Assembly (NCBI GenBank): GCA_031400935.1
Contig: JANNQV010000018.1
Location: 62,001 to 126,000 of the forward strand
DNA: 64,000 bases
Direction: 5' to 3'
Source of the DNA: Armatimonadota bacterium
GTDB taxonomy: Bacteria; Armatimonadota; Fimbriimonadia; Fimbriimonadales; Fimbriimonadaceae
Shown here piece after piece: positions 28,484 through 38,686 of this stretch (positions are counted from its first letter, which is position 1; every line of letters starts with the position of its first letter). Made by a program: the position numbers and the translations under genes. The notes under the pieces are model-generated. The model worked only from the letters and a program-made list of their open reading frames with translations, ran no database searches and had not been told where the DNA came from.

Positions 28484-29149
28484 CTACTTCCCTGCCTCGC
28501 CCCAGTCAATTTCAGGACGTAACGGAATCGAAGAGGAAGGCACGCCTCGCGAAACCGGTTTGAGCGACTGAGAGAGCCACAGGAACATGTCGCGATATTT
28601 GGCGCCCCGCAAATGGATAGGAGGACGAGGGTACGAAATCGCAGCGAGCACATTAAAGTCTGCGTTGTCGGTGCCGATGGAGAAAAGTTCGAGCCCGCCA
28701 CGAACGATCTCAGACTGCACTAGGTCGCATCCCATTTTCCAATCATCAGTCGGCGCGCCGTCGGTCACCATCCATATCCATGGTCGGTAGTAGGGAATTC
28801 CCGCCTCCCTTTATGCATCCTTGCGAATTCTTAGCTCGCGTAATCCGACTTCAAGGGCCTCTCCCAATGGCGTATTCCCAGAAGCAAACAGCTTTGGCGG
28901 AACCCACTGGTCCACTGTGATGAAATCTTGCGCAAATCGAACTGGTCCGAAAGTCACGACCCCGATTTCAACTCTCTGACAAGCCAAGTGGTCTGCTGCG
29001 AGGTCAGTCTTAAGCGTCTGCAATCCGGCGTTGACATCAGCGATGAACGGTTCCATGGACGTCGAGGTGTCCAGAAGCAGCATGACGGGGCACCTGCGTT
29101 CCGTGTTCAGGAACATGTCATCGCTAAATGATTCGGGACGGATATTCAC
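28484..29149 (-). pseudogene. TerY/YegL-like vWA protein interrupted by in-frame TAA (28811-28813)
   Basis: MIDAS LLLDTSTSM, GNTPLG, then RKDA*REAGIPYYRPWIWMVTDG in one frame. Confidence 0.8.
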
Positions 29150-29198
29150 GCTACTACAATGTTACGTCATTCGAACCAAATATAGATGTAAATCAAGC

Positions 29199-29822
29199 CT
29201 AGCCAAGTGCAAACGTCAAAAGCCGCACCTGTTTAGCGCCTGCCTCAACAAGGGTTTTTGCGCATTCAGTAGCGGTCTGTCCAGACGTAGTTACATCGTC
29301 AACCAGTAGGACAACCTCGTCATTTAGATGGCGACTGGTCGAAAACGCACCGCTGAGATTCTTACGGCGTTCTTCTGGGCTCAGCCCGACTTGGGGGCGG
29401 GTTGCCACTCTTCGGCTTAGCAGATCAAGAGAAACCGGAGCATGGCGAATGCAGTCGCAAAGAAGCTCCGACTGATTGAAACCGCGGATGCACTTTCGGC
29501 TCCAATGAATGGGGACTGGAACGATGATATCTGCTTCGCACATGGAAGTTGATTCTGCGAAATCAGCTAGCAATTCTGCCATTGGATGAGCAAGGGCAGT
29601 CGCCCTTTCATATTTGAGCCGCTTGACCGCTTGGGCCGCTCGGCCTGTATAAACGAATAGCGAGGAAGTAGCATGAATGCCTTCTGGCGGCTGAGTCTCT
29701 TCGTCAGCGGATTCAAAATCAGCAAAGCACGAATCGCAAATTGCCCTTTCGCCAAGTAAATCACAAAGGGCACAACGCTTTGGAAAGACGAAATCGAGCG
29801 CAGTTTCGAAAATGCGATGCAC
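29199..29822 (-). CDS. comF: ComF family phosphoribosyltransferase-like protein
   Basis: CxxC/CxxC, PVPIH, RGFNQS, LVDDVTTSGQT. Confidence 0.9.
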   Translation of the reverse strand: MHRIFETALDFVFPKRCALCDLLGERAICDSCFADFESADEETQPPEGIHATSSLFVYTGRAAQAVKRLKYERATALAHPMAELLADFAESTSMCEADIIVPVPIHWSRKCIRGFNQSELLCDCIRHAPVSLDLLSRRVATRPQVGLSPEERRKNLSGAFSTSRHLNDEVVLLVDDVTTSGQTATECAKTLVEAGAKQVRLLTFALG

Positions 29823-30010
29823 TGGGATATTGTGGAAGGTAATTGGGTCAATAGGTCATTGGGTCATTGGGTCAATAGGCTGTTTGGCCAATCCGTCCCA
29901 TTTGTCTCAAATGTCTCTTAAGTCCCCCTCCAAAGGAAGCCAAAAAACGAAAAAGAGCCCCGAACCGTCCGATTCGAGACCCCTTCTCCATCGATAGATA
30001 CAACCTGCTA

Positions 30011-30301
30011 TCAGGATTCGCCGCGCGTGTGGCCAAACGTCGGCTCGAAAGGAATTAATCCCAATCGAGTCGCGGCGCGAAAGGCCTGTACGCGATTATT
30101 AACCTGCAACTTGTCGTATATGTTAGCCAAGTGGAAATCGACCGTCCGCTTGGAAACGAACAGGACTTCAGCAGCTTCCTTGCTGCTATGACCCTGTGCA
30201 ATTAAGCTCAAGACTTCAATCTCTCGCTTCGTTAGCCTTACGGCTCGCTTCCCTGCATCAGCTCGTGATGTGCTCGGCATTGGCATGAACCCACCCCTCA
30301 C
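30011..30301 (-). CDS. Stand-alone LuxR/GerE-type HTH regulator
   Basis: LTKREIEVL...LFVSKRTVDFHLANIYDKL; start may be 30286. Confidence 0.88.
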   Translation of the reverse strand: MRGGFMPMPSTSRADAGKRAVRLTKREIEVLSLIAQGHSSKEAAEVLFVSKRTVDFHLANIYDKLQVNNRVQAFRAATRLGLIPFEPTFGHTRGES

Positions 30302-30564
30302 TATTTAATCTAACCGCCTACCAATTACATTCCATACCATTCGAGACATCTTGTGAACAAAAACAGATAATTTTTCGTTCCAGTACTCTTTTCAGGTCGC
30401 ATTGATGCTGTGTGCCTCGCATTGGATGGCAACATTAAGCGTTGATTTGTGAAGGCCTCCTTTTTTCGTAGTGATAAAAATACCAGTCTACTGTATGAGG
30501 CTTTGACGCCGAACATGTTCCATAGGTCGTAAATCAGACCGAAAATGTTTGGATCGAACCCAAG

Positions 30565-31710
30565 TTAAGTAGGTCGAAAGGCTCGAACGCCATCTGCTGG
30601 CTTGCAAATCAAAAACGTTGGCTCGATTCCTGTCTTGGCTTGGTACCGATTTGAGACCGATCGGGTGAACAAGTCAACAGAGTCTTTACGAACAAGCGCC
30701 ACGCATGAGCCACCAAATCCTGCCCCAGTCATCCTTGCGCCAATGCAACCTGGAGCTGTCCAGCAGCTTTCTGCCATTGCGTCAAGCTCCTTCGATGTCA
30801 CTTCGAAGTCTTCTTTGAGACTTTCATGACTTGCTCTCATCAACATTCCGATGCGAAGTTCATTGCCATCTGCCAAAGCCCAAAAGAAACTCTGGCAACG
30901 ATTGTTTTCCGTTACAACGTGCATGGCTCGCTTAAATGGAATTGGCTCAAAAGAATCTTGCTTGGCAAGCAGATCATCCAAAGTCGCATCCCGAAGCGTT
31001 GTCATTCCCAGAGTTTGCGCAGCACTTTCGCACTCTTGCCTTCTTTTGTTGTATGCCGAATTCTTGAGCCTTCGAGGAACCATCGTATCGCAGATTACGA
31101 TTCGAAAATGGCTTGGCATGGTTACATATCGAACTTCCAAAGAGCGAATGTCAATGAACATTGCAGAATCGGCTTTGCCGGATGCGCTTGCAAGCTGGTC
31201 CATGATCCCGCAATTCACGCCCACATATTGGTTTTCTGCCATTTGCCCGATTTCCGCAAGGTCTACCGGTTCAAGCTCAACTTTGTACAACTTTGCCCAA
31301 GCTGCCGCAAAGGCGACTTCTAACGCTGCCGAGCTGCTCAGTCCTGAGCCAATTGGAAGATCGCTGCAAACCACACCGTCAATGTTAAAATATTCAACTC
31401 CCCACCTTTTTGCTAAAGTCCATGCGACTCCAGCGGGATAAACTCCCCAATCCAAATGCTTGTACTTGCGGTCAGGCGGCAACTCCATTTCATCGGCTTC
31501 TCCAGCCTGGAGTGAAAAGAGGTTCGTCTTTTTATCTGCTAGCCTGATGGCGACCGCAACACCGCGATCAATGGCTACTGGAAAAACGTAGCCGTCATTG
31601 TAATCGGTGTGCTCGCCGATTAGATTTGCGCGTCCTGGAGCAACTGCAATCACTTCCGGCTTGCCGCCAAATCGGCGCTCGAATTCTTCAGCGGCCAGGC
31701 TTTCGATCAT
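30565..31710 (-). CDS. galK: Galactokinase
   Basis: APGRANLIGEHTDYN, GSGLSSSAA, CGIMDQ, GARMTGAGFGG. Confidence 0.96.
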   Translation of the reverse strand: MIESLAAEEFERRFGGKPEVIAVAPGRANLIGEHTDYNDGYVFPVAIDRGVAVAIRLADKKTNLFSLQAGEADEMELPPDRKYKHLDWGVYPAGVAWTLAKRWGVEYFNIDGVVCSDLPIGSGLSSSAALEVAFAAAWAKLYKVELEPVDLAEIGQMAENQYVGVNCGIMDQLASASGKADSAMFIDIRSLEVRYVTMPSHFRIVICDTMVPRRLKNSAYNKRRQECESAAQTLGMTTLRDATLDDLLAKQDSFEPIPFKRAMHVVTENNRCQSFFWALADGNELRIGMLMRASHESLKEDFEVTSKELDAMAESCWTAPGCIGARMTGAGFGGSCVALVRKDSVDLFTRSVSNRYQAKTGIEPTFLICKPADGVRAFRPT

Positions 31711-31775
31711 GGTTCACATTGTTACCAGATTGCGCTTCAGTTCGGCATGAATGAGATTCCCAGTAACATTACCAG

Positions 31776-31864
31776 CCCTCCAAGTTCACTTGAATGGAAC
31801 AACCAACTTGGCGTCGTGTCGAGTCCCAACCAGCCGCCCGGGCTCGTTCGGCGCCACTTTTTTT
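31776..31864 (+). ncRNA. Candidate small RNA with intrinsic terminator
   Basis: Hairpin CCAAGTT..AACTTGG, then GGCGTCG-TGT-CGAGTCC...GGGCTCG-TT-CGGCGCC plus T7, between divergent genes; TAACAT at 31764. Confidence 0.35.
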
Positions 31865-31896
31865 GTTATTCAGTTTAGACTGGTACTATTCGGCGG

Positions 31897-33300
31897 ATGA
31901 ATTCCGACCTTGAACGACTTTCTCAATGGCTTACGGCGCATGAAGCTGACCTGCTTGCAGACACTCAGGCTATGCTTCAAATTCCTTCCGTAAAGGAGGT
32001 CGCTATTATAGACGCGCCCTTCGGAAAACCTTGTGCCGAGGCTCTAGATTTTGCCCTCGCACTGTCAGAAAGATACGGCTTTTCAACTAAGAATTTAGAT
32101 TGTAAGATTGGATTCGGGGAATTTGGAAGCGGCGATCCGTTGATTGTCTCGCTTGGCCATATTGACGTTGTTCCCGTCGGCCCAGGCTGGAAGTTTGAAC
32201 CCTTTTCGGCCACAATTTCCGACGGATACATCTACTCCCGTGGCGCAGTTGATGACAAAGGACCAACGATGGCTTCGTTCTACGCGGCGCGAGCGATCAA
32301 AGAGTGCTGTCCTAATTTGGCAGCAAGAATTCGCGTTGTTTTTGGATGCGATGAAGAGTCAGGAATGACTTGTGTCGAAAGATACAATGAGACAGAGGAA
32401 GTTCCAACTTTTGGCGTCGCTCCTGATTCCATGTGGCCATTGGTACACGCCGAAAAGGGAATTTGCGACCTATTTATCGAAGTCCCCGTCCACGAAGGCT
32501 CTATCCAGCTTGTAGCCCTTTCGGGGGGAGACCGGCTAAATATCGTCATAGATCGAACGCATGCAACGCTTCGAGTTGATTCATCGGCACGAGATTGGGT
32601 AAGAGAGAAAGTAAAGGATTCTTGGGACAACAATGTTACGGCTACATGGGCTTCTGATGATACATTAGAAATAGAGTGTATTGGAAAAGCTGCTCATGGT
32701 TCAACACCATTCTCTGGCGATAGTGCCGCAACCAGGATTTTTCGTTTTCTAGCCGAGATTAGCCCAATCGAATCTCAACCGTTCTTTGCTTATTTATTGA
32801 AAATGACACATCCTTCAGGAGTTGGTTTAGGAATTCACGGGCAAGACGAAACGAGTTACGACCTCACAAGCAATACGGGCGTAATTAGCTTAACTAAAGG
32901 CTGTGTATGGTTGTCAGTTAATATTCGGTATCCGGTTACATGGAAAGGCGACCTTGTTCGAACAATGTGCGAGGCGTTTCTAGCTAAAGAGACCTTTGGT
33001 GCCAGAGTCACGGACTTTCATGATAGCCCTTCACTTTATTTTCCACTCGAACACCCGCTTGTTTCAATCATCGCCAACGAATATCGAGAGATGATGGGCG
33101 ATTCGACTCCGCCAGGAGTCATGGGAGGCGGTACGTACGCCAGAAAAATTGCAAATACTGTAAGTATCGGAACAGGCTGGCCTGGGGATGGAGAAGCTCA
33201 CCAAACCAATGAGAGGCTAAAAGTTGACCACCTATTTAAGATGAGCCAGATCTATGCCAGAATCTTGCTGAAGTTGGCACAGGCAGCCGCAAATTCATAA
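31897..33300 (+). CDS. M20 family dipeptidase (PepV/Sapep-like)
   Basis: GHIDVVP, RGAVDDKGP, DEESG, GKAAHGS, GGGTYAR, AHQTNE. Confidence 0.92.
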   Translation: MNSDLERLSQWLTAHEADLLADTQAMLQIPSVKEVAIIDAPFGKPCAEALDFALALSERYGFSTKNLDCKIGFGEFGSGDPLIVSLGHIDVVPVGPGWKFEPFSATISDGYIYSRGAVDDKGPTMASFYAARAIKECCPNLAARIRVVFGCDEESGMTCVERYNETEEVPTFGVAPDSMWPLVHAEKGICDLFIEVPVHEGSIQLVALSGGDRLNIVIDRTHATLRVDSSARDWVREKVKDSWDNNVTATWASDDTLEIECIGKAAHGSTPFSGDSAATRIFRFLAEISPIESQPFFAYLLKMTHPSGVGLGIHGQDETSYDLTSNTGVISLTKGCVWLSVNIRYPVTWKGDLVRTMCEAFLAKETFGARVTDFHDSPSLYFPLEHPLVSIIANEYREMMGDSTPPGVMGGGTYARKIANTVSIGTGWPGDGEAHQTNERLKVDHLFKMSQIYARILLKLAQAAANS

Positions 33301-33309
33301 GGAAAACAA

Positions 33310-33885
33310 ATGATTTTTACTTTTCTTGCAAATTTCCTGACTCACGTTCAAACGCCATCTACTCCTGCAGTTTCGGCAGAAGTTGTTTCAAAAATGCTTG
33401 TTAAGTCGCTATATGATTTTGAAGTAAATACAATTGACGGAAAATCCATCAGCATGAATCAGTATAAAGGCAATGCGATCTTAATTGTTAATGTTGCAAG
33501 TAAATGTGGCTATACTCCGCAATATGAAGGATTGCAGAAACTGTACGCTCACTACAAAGATAAAGGATTAATTGTCCTTGGGTTTCCGGCTAACAACTTT
33601 CGGAGCCAAGAGCCTGGTACCGATGATGAGATTCAAGAGTTTTGCAAAGCAACCTACGGCGTTACATTCCCATTATTCTCCAAAGTTTCGGTAAAGGGAA
33701 CTGATATGCATCCGATTTATCAGTGGCTACTTTCCAACTCTGATCCAGCCCAAAACATTGAATGGAATTTTAACAAGTTCGTAATTACTCGTTCAGGCAA
33801 GATACAAAACCGATTTAGTCAGAAAGTTAAACCAGATTCACCCGAAATGGTTGCAGCTATTGAATCTGCAATTGTAAACAAATGA
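33310..33885 (+). CDS. Glutathione peroxidase family protein (Cys form)
   Basis: NVASKCGYTPQY, GFPANNF..QEPG, WNFNKF. Confidence 0.93.
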   Translation: MIFTFLANFLTHVQTPSTPAVSAEVVSKMLVKSLYDFEVNTIDGKSISMNQYKGNAILIVNVASKCGYTPQYEGLQKLYAHYKDKGLIVLGFPANNFRSQEPGTDDEIQEFCKATYGVTFPLFSKVSVKGTDMHPIYQWLLSNSDPAQNIEWNFNKFVITRSGKIQNRFSQKVKPDSPEMVAAIESAIVNK

Positions 33886-33888
33886 CTC

Positions 33889-36087
33889 TTAGGAAATAAC
33901 AGCATCGGCTTGCTGGCTTCGCCGATTCTTAACTCGTTCAGACAGAATTCTGTGTTCTGGCTTTGACAAATATGGATCGCTTTCCAAAAGCTTCTGGGCG
34001 GCGTGACGACTAATCTCCAACAGTTTTGCATCTTGAACCAAATCTGCAATCTTAAAGTCGAGATTGCCGCTTTGCTTGGTTCCCAACATTTCACCCGGTC
34101 CGCGGAGTCGAAGGTCTTCTTCTGCAAGCTTGAAGCCGTCGTTTGTATCCACCAAAACTTGCATTCGAGCTTCCGCATCCTCATTAGTTGAGTCAGCGAG
34201 CAAAATGCAATAGCTTTGAGTTGTGCCTCGGCCGACTCTGCCGCGCAACTGGTGAAGTTGAGCAAGGCCAAATCTGTTCGCATCTTCGATAATCATGACG
34301 GATGCGTTAGGGACGTCAACGCCTACTTCAATTACAGTGGTGCTGACCAATATATCCAATTTTGCTGATCGAAACTGATCCATAACGGTATCTTTATCCT
34401 TCGGCTTCATCTGGCCGTGAAGTAGACCAACTCTCAATTCTGGATACACCGATTCACTCAGTCGGTAGTGCAGTTCTTCTGCCGCTTGAGCCATCATTTT
34501 CTCGCTTTCAGCAACTAACGGGCAGACAACATAGGCCTGCCTTCCTTGCTTGATTAACTCTCTTGCCTGCTCATAAACTTTGTCCCTAGAATCCAGCTTT
34601 TTCCAATGAGTCTTTATGGCCACTCTTCCTGGCGGTAATTCATCTAGTATAGATACATCCAAGTCTCCATAAAGCGTCATCGTAAGTGTTCTAGGTATTG
34701 GAGTTGCCGTCATGACTAATACGTCTGGATTTATTCCTTTTTGGCGAAGTGCCGCCCTTTGCATTACTCCAAATCTGTGTTGTTCGTCAATAACTACTAG
34801 TCCCAGCCGGTCGAACGAGACTGACTCTTGAATGAGCGCATGGGTCCCGACCAAAATGTGCGCCTTTGCTTCTTTGGCAAGTCCAACGACTTCTTTCTTT
34901 TTGCCTGCCGATTGCTTGCCTACCAATAGCGCTACGACTATTCCCACAGGTTCAAAAATTGCCTTCAAATTTCGAAAATGCTGTTCCGCAAGAATCTCAG
35001 TTGGTGCCATAATCGCCGCTTGATATCCGCAACGAACAGCCGCCAGCATTGCGCAAGCCGCAACTGCAGTTTTCCCAGAACCAACATCTCCCTGGATCAG
35101 CCGGTTCATCGGATATGGACGTTCCATGTCTGCCCAAACTTCCTTTATTACGCGATCTTGGGCGTGGGTCAAATCAAACGGAAATAGCGATTTCGCTTCG
35201 TCCAAAAGTGTCGAACCATATCGCAATCCAGTGGCTTCCTTTACAAATAAATGTGGATCGCTTTTTTCAGTTCTTGAAGTTCGCCGAATTTCTCCAACTA
35301 CTACTGAAGACTTCAACTGGGAAATAGGAAAAGAAATGCCCACTTCGCTGTGTGTTTCTAACCGCTTTTGCTCAAGGGCTAACTGCAATAAAAAGAATTC
35401 GTCAAAAATCAGTCGTTTCTTTGCTTCAAGCCGATTCTCTTCACTTTCTGGCATATGGATTTGGCGTAGGCTCCAAGCTAGTGGTTTTAGACGCTGTTCT
35501 TGCCGCAAGTTAGCTGGCAAGGGATCAATCACATCGCCAAGGTAGCGGTCAATTGCACTGACCGCGGCCCTTCGAACCAGAGATTGTCGTACACCCTCAG
35601 TCAACGGATAGACCGGGACAATTCTCGCAAATTCCCCTTCGTCAGAATCATCTTCGATCAGCTCATATTCCGGAGAACTAATTTCGTAGGCGAAGCCAGA
35701 TTCTTTGACCTGCCCATACGCCAAAATCTCGCCCTTGTAGCCTTGGAGCTTGCGAGACACCCATGGTTGATTGAACCAAACCAAAGAGACCGTGCCTGTT
35801 TTGTCGCTTATCGAAGCCCGAATCACAACCTTTCCGCCACGAGTCGGCCTGCCATCGAATCCGATCAAACGGCCACGAACCGTCACCCATTGCCCAACTC
35901 GAATTTGGCCGATTGGAGGAAGATTTCGCCGATCTTCGTACCGGCGCGGAAGGCAGAACAGAACATCCTGAACTGTCTCCAGTCCGAGTTTTTGAAGCTG
36001 TTCAGCTAACTTCGGACCTACACCTTTCAGAAACTGAACTGGCGTCGCCAACTTGTCCGTGCGTGTGTCCGGCAAAATAGTGGACAT
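33889..36087 (-). CDS. recG: ATP-dependent DNA helicase RecG
   Basis: GDVGSGKT, DEQHRFG, TATPIPRT, QLRGRVGR, DLRLRGPG. Confidence 0.97.
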   Translation of the reverse strand: MSTILPDTRTDKLATPVQFLKGVGPKLAEQLQKLGLETVQDVLFCLPRRYEDRRNLPPIGQIRVGQWVTVRGRLIGFDGRPTRGGKVVIRASISDKTGTVSLVWFNQPWVSRKLQGYKGEILAYGQVKESGFAYEISSPEYELIEDDSDEGEFARIVPVYPLTEGVRQSLVRRAAVSAIDRYLGDVIDPLPANLRQEQRLKPLAWSLRQIHMPESEENRLEAKKRLIFDEFFLLQLALEQKRLETHSEVGISFPISQLKSSVVVGEIRRTSRTEKSDPHLFVKEATGLRYGSTLLDEAKSLFPFDLTHAQDRVIKEVWADMERPYPMNRLIQGDVGSGKTAVAACAMLAAVRCGYQAAIMAPTEILAEQHFRNLKAIFEPVGIVVALLVGKQSAGKKKEVVGLAKEAKAHILVGTHALIQESVSFDRLGLVVIDEQHRFGVMQRAALRQKGINPDVLVMTATPIPRTLTMTLYGDLDVSILDELPPGRVAIKTHWKKLDSRDKVYEQARELIKQGRQAYVVCPLVAESEKMMAQAAEELHYRLSESVYPELRVGLLHGQMKPKDKDTVMDQFRSAKLDILVSTTVIEVGVDVPNASVMIIEDANRFGLAQLHQLRGRVGRGTTQSYCILLADSTNEDAEARMQVLVDTNDGFKLAEEDLRLRGPGEMLGTKQSGNLDFKIADLVQDAKLLEISRHAAQKLLESDPYLSKPEHRILSERVKNRRSQQADAVIS

Positions 36088-36133
36088 ATTGTTACTAGAC
36101 GATACTCGAAGTTGAAATTTTTCTGCAAACGGA

Positions 36134-36208
36134 TTGGGAGTGCACGGGCTTGACCGCGCTTTTGCCGCTCTCTAAGTTCAAAGCGCGGGCAAGCCCGTGC
36201 ACTCCCAA
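36134..36208. repeat. REP-like inverted repeat, family C copy 1
   Basis: TTGGGAGTGCACGGGCTTGACCGCGCTTT and its 28/29 reverse complement; second copy at 63257-63371. Confidence 0.8.
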
Positions 36209-36260
36209 AACAGACTCTGCCAAGACGAAGCATTTTTTGATCCCGTCCGTCTTAACCACC

Positions 36261-36752
36261 ATGAAACGAATTTGCCTATTTGTTACGACACTCTTTTGCC
36301 TTGTTGCTGGAGCCCAGCTACTTTCAATGACAGCGTTCGCTGGCGGCCAAATCGGCCAAGAAAAGCTAGATGGCACTTCCTTAAAGTCAATGATTGATGG
36401 GCTAGGTTACACCGTCAAAGTTCTAAATTCAGATGCTGACAAAGAAAAGTATCAAATTGATCTTACTAAAAGCGAATTAAATATACCTGTCGCCCTTGAA
36501 ATCAGTGCAAGCAAGAACTATTGTTGGCTAACCGTAAATCTTGGAACTGCACCGAAAGCGCCTAGCGACAAATTCGAATCGCTATTAAAGGAAAATGGCA
36601 ATACGCAACCCAGCATGTTTTATATAACAAACAAAGGAAATTTGATGATGGGAATTGCGATGGAAAATCGTTATATTTCCCCCGCAAATATGAGAAGGAA
36701 TATTGAAAAGCTCTCGGATGACGTGGGGAAAACCAAAGGTGTTTGGCAGTAA
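36261..36752 (+). CDS. Secreted protein, possibly YbjN/T3SS-chaperone-like fold
   Basis: Signal peptide from MKRICL. The track start 36150 lies inside a repeat. Confidence 0.6.
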   Translation: MKRICLFVTTLFCLVAGAQLLSMTAFAGGQIGQEKLDGTSLKSMIDGLGYTVKVLNSDADKEKYQIDLTKSELNIPVALEISASKNYCWLTVNLGTAPKAPSDKFESLLKENGNTQPSMFYITNKGNLMMGIAMENRYISPANMRRNIEKLSDDVGKTKGVWQ

Positions 36753-36794
36753 GCACTTCCATGGGCGGGGTAAAGGGTCACTCGGAACGAAATG

Positions 36795-36846
36795 CTTGAA
36801 CCCTTGAACCCTTGACTCCAGACCCCATACCCTAAACCCTATACCC
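36795..36846. repeat. Heptamer repeats (CCCTTGA/CCCTAAA); 17-bp reverse match to 41716-41732
   Basis: ccctaaaccctataccc versus gggtatagggtttaggg between atpA and atpG. Confidence 0.65.
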
Positions 36847-36892
36847 ATTCTTCCAAACTCAAACACTCCCTTGAAGCGACTATACTTTCCTT

Positions 36893-37465
36893 ATGCCCGA
36901 CCCAAATGACGATTTCGACGAAATCGAGCAGGCGCTTCGGCAAGCCGCAAAAGACCATCGGATTGAATCGGAAGATGGCGACGACCCTGAAGAAATCAGG
37001 CTTGAACTTGGCAACTACGCCGACCCTTCGATGTCGAATGAAGAGCTTGCAAAAAAACAAGCCGTTCTGGAAGCCAAGCTGGCACAGATTTCTGGGGAGT
37101 CGGGCTTGCCCGACGTTGACGAGAATGCAGACCAATCCGAACTGAACGAGGTCGAAGTCGAACTTGATGAGCGACTAAAGAAACTAGAAACTTCGGCAAA
37201 AGCGGCGAGGGCAAACGAACACCTTCGAATCGGAGATCAGGCTCAACAGAGAAAAGCTGATAGAAGCGCAGCCCTTGGACTGGGAGTTGGAATGTCAATC
37301 GCATATGCGATTATTGGAATGCCCATCCTCGGGTTTTTCGTTGGAATGCTCCTTGAAAACTCATCAATCTTGGCAAATGGAAAGATGATTGGCGCGTTGG
37401 TCGGAATCGTCCTCGGGTTTGGCTTTATGATCATTCAATTGAGAAGATATTCCGACCGCCAATGA
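36893..37465 (+). CDS. AtpZ/AtpI (ATPase gene 1) family protein with long acidic N-terminus
   Basis: C-terminal two TM LGVGMSIA...GFFVGMLLE...GALVG; first gene of the atp operon. Confidence 0.7.
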   Translation: MPDPNDDFDEIEQALRQAAKDHRIESEDGDDPEEIRLELGNYADPSMSNEELAKKQAVLEAKLAQISGESGLPDVDENADQSELNEVEVELDERLKKLETSAKAARANEHLRIGDQAQQRKADRSAALGLGVGMSIAYAIIGMPILGFFVGMLLENSSILANGKMIGALVGIVLGFGFMIIQLRRYSDRQ

Positions 37466-37860
37466 AACTCAGCCGATTTCAATGGTTTTGGGTTGCCTTC
37501 GCCGTCGCCACATTGGTTGGAATACTCTTCTTTCTATTGATTGGCGGAATAAATGGAGGGACTGCATTTCTACTAGGCGTGCTTTTCACATCCGCTCATT
37601 TCATCTCGCTCAAATGGCTTCTCCATTTGTGGGCGAAAATGTTTGTCAGTCCAGAATCTAGCCTAAAACCGACGGTCGGAATCATTGCCGCGGTTGTTTT
37701 CGGACTCTTATCCCTACCAATCTTGGTGGTTTCGGGGCTCTACATTCAACAGATTTGGCCGGAGCAAATGACCTGTTTTCTTTGGGGATTGTGTCTGGTA
37801 TACTTTGCTCTGGTCGGGTGGGCGGTTTTGGACGCTAACCCGCCGATTTCACCAAAATGA
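37462..37860 (+). CDS. AtpI-like 4-TM protein
   Basis: 4 TM; immediately before atpB. Confidence 0.6.
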   Translation: MKLSRFQWFWVAFAVATLVGILFFLLIGGINGGTAFLLGVLFTSAHFISLKWLLHLWAKMFVSPESSLKPTVGIIAAVVFGLLSLPILVVSGLYIQQIWPEQMTCFLWGLCLVYFALVGWAVLDANPPISPK

Positions 37861-38636
37861 CGGACATTTTTTCGTTTGGAACATCCCTTCTCGCCTTTTC
37901 AGATGAGGCAGGCACCGCTGTCGCAGGCGCACCCGAGCACCACGCCACCTCGTGGATGGGTTGGTTTCTTTACACGCTTCTTGTCCTTGGAATCATTTTC
38001 TTCTTATTAGGAAGAGCAAAAAAGGGAATCAACAATCGCGTGTTCACGAATTGGTACACGCAACGGTTCGAACAGCTTTACCTATACATCGAAAATCTTT
38101 GCGTAGGCATCATAGGCCCTCACGGTCGAAAATATATGCCGATGATGATGACGATCTGGCTGGTCATCTTTTTTAGCAACTTGGTTTCGCTCTTTATGCC
38201 GTACGCTCCGACTGCGGACTTCGGATTTAACCTGGGCATGGCACTAATGGCTGTTGGCTATGTGCAATACGAAGGTATTCGGACAAACGGTTTTATCGGT
38301 CACTTTATGCACTTTGCCGGTCCGAAAATGGGAATCTACGGCTTAGTTCTAAACCTTCTCATCTTTGCAATTGAGATCGTTTCTGAATTAATGAAGAATG
38401 TTTCCCTAAGTCTGCGACTGTTTGGAAATATCCACGGTGGTCACGAAGCAGTAACCGCACTAAACACACTTGGTTCAGATATATTCTTGCCAATTGGCTT
38501 CTTTCTCGTCCCGCTCAAATTCTTGACCTGCGTAGTTCAGGCACTCGTTTTCACTCTGTTGACTTGCGTTTATCTCTCGCTAGTCACTCATCATGAAGAG
38601 CATGGCCCATCCACGGAGGCGGCACCTGCTCACTGA
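37857..38636 (+). CDS. atpB: F0 ATP synthase subunit a
   Basis: SLSLRLFGNI, VQALVFTLLTCVYL. Confidence 0.96.
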   Translation: MTDIFSFGTSLLAFSDEAGTAVAGAPEHHATSWMGWFLYTLLVLGIIFFLLGRAKKGINNRVFTNWYTQRFEQLYLYIENLCVGIIGPHGRKYMPMMMTIWLVIFFSNLVSLFMPYAPTADFGFNLGMALMAVGYVQYEGIRTNGFIGHFMHFAGPKMGIYGLVLNLLIFAIEIVSELMKNVSLSLRLFGNIHGGHEAVTALNTLGSDIFLPIGFFLVPLKFLTCVVQALVFTLLTCVYLSLVTHHEEHGPSTEAAPAH

Positions 38637-38686
38637 CAATTTCGAACACAACATTAGGAACTCATCTCAGGAGGATATTTAGAAAA

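Noticed and set aside
28811..28813. Programmed recoding of the terY stop
   Set aside because: It is TAA at a Tyr-like, non-catalytic position with only one instance; mutation or error is simpler.
31793..31912. 39-codon ORF through the hairpins as a leader peptide
   Set aside because: No SD and no informative codon run, and the downstream gene has its own promoter.
33310..33885. GPx as a selenoprotein
   Set aside because: The active-site codon is TGT (Cys).
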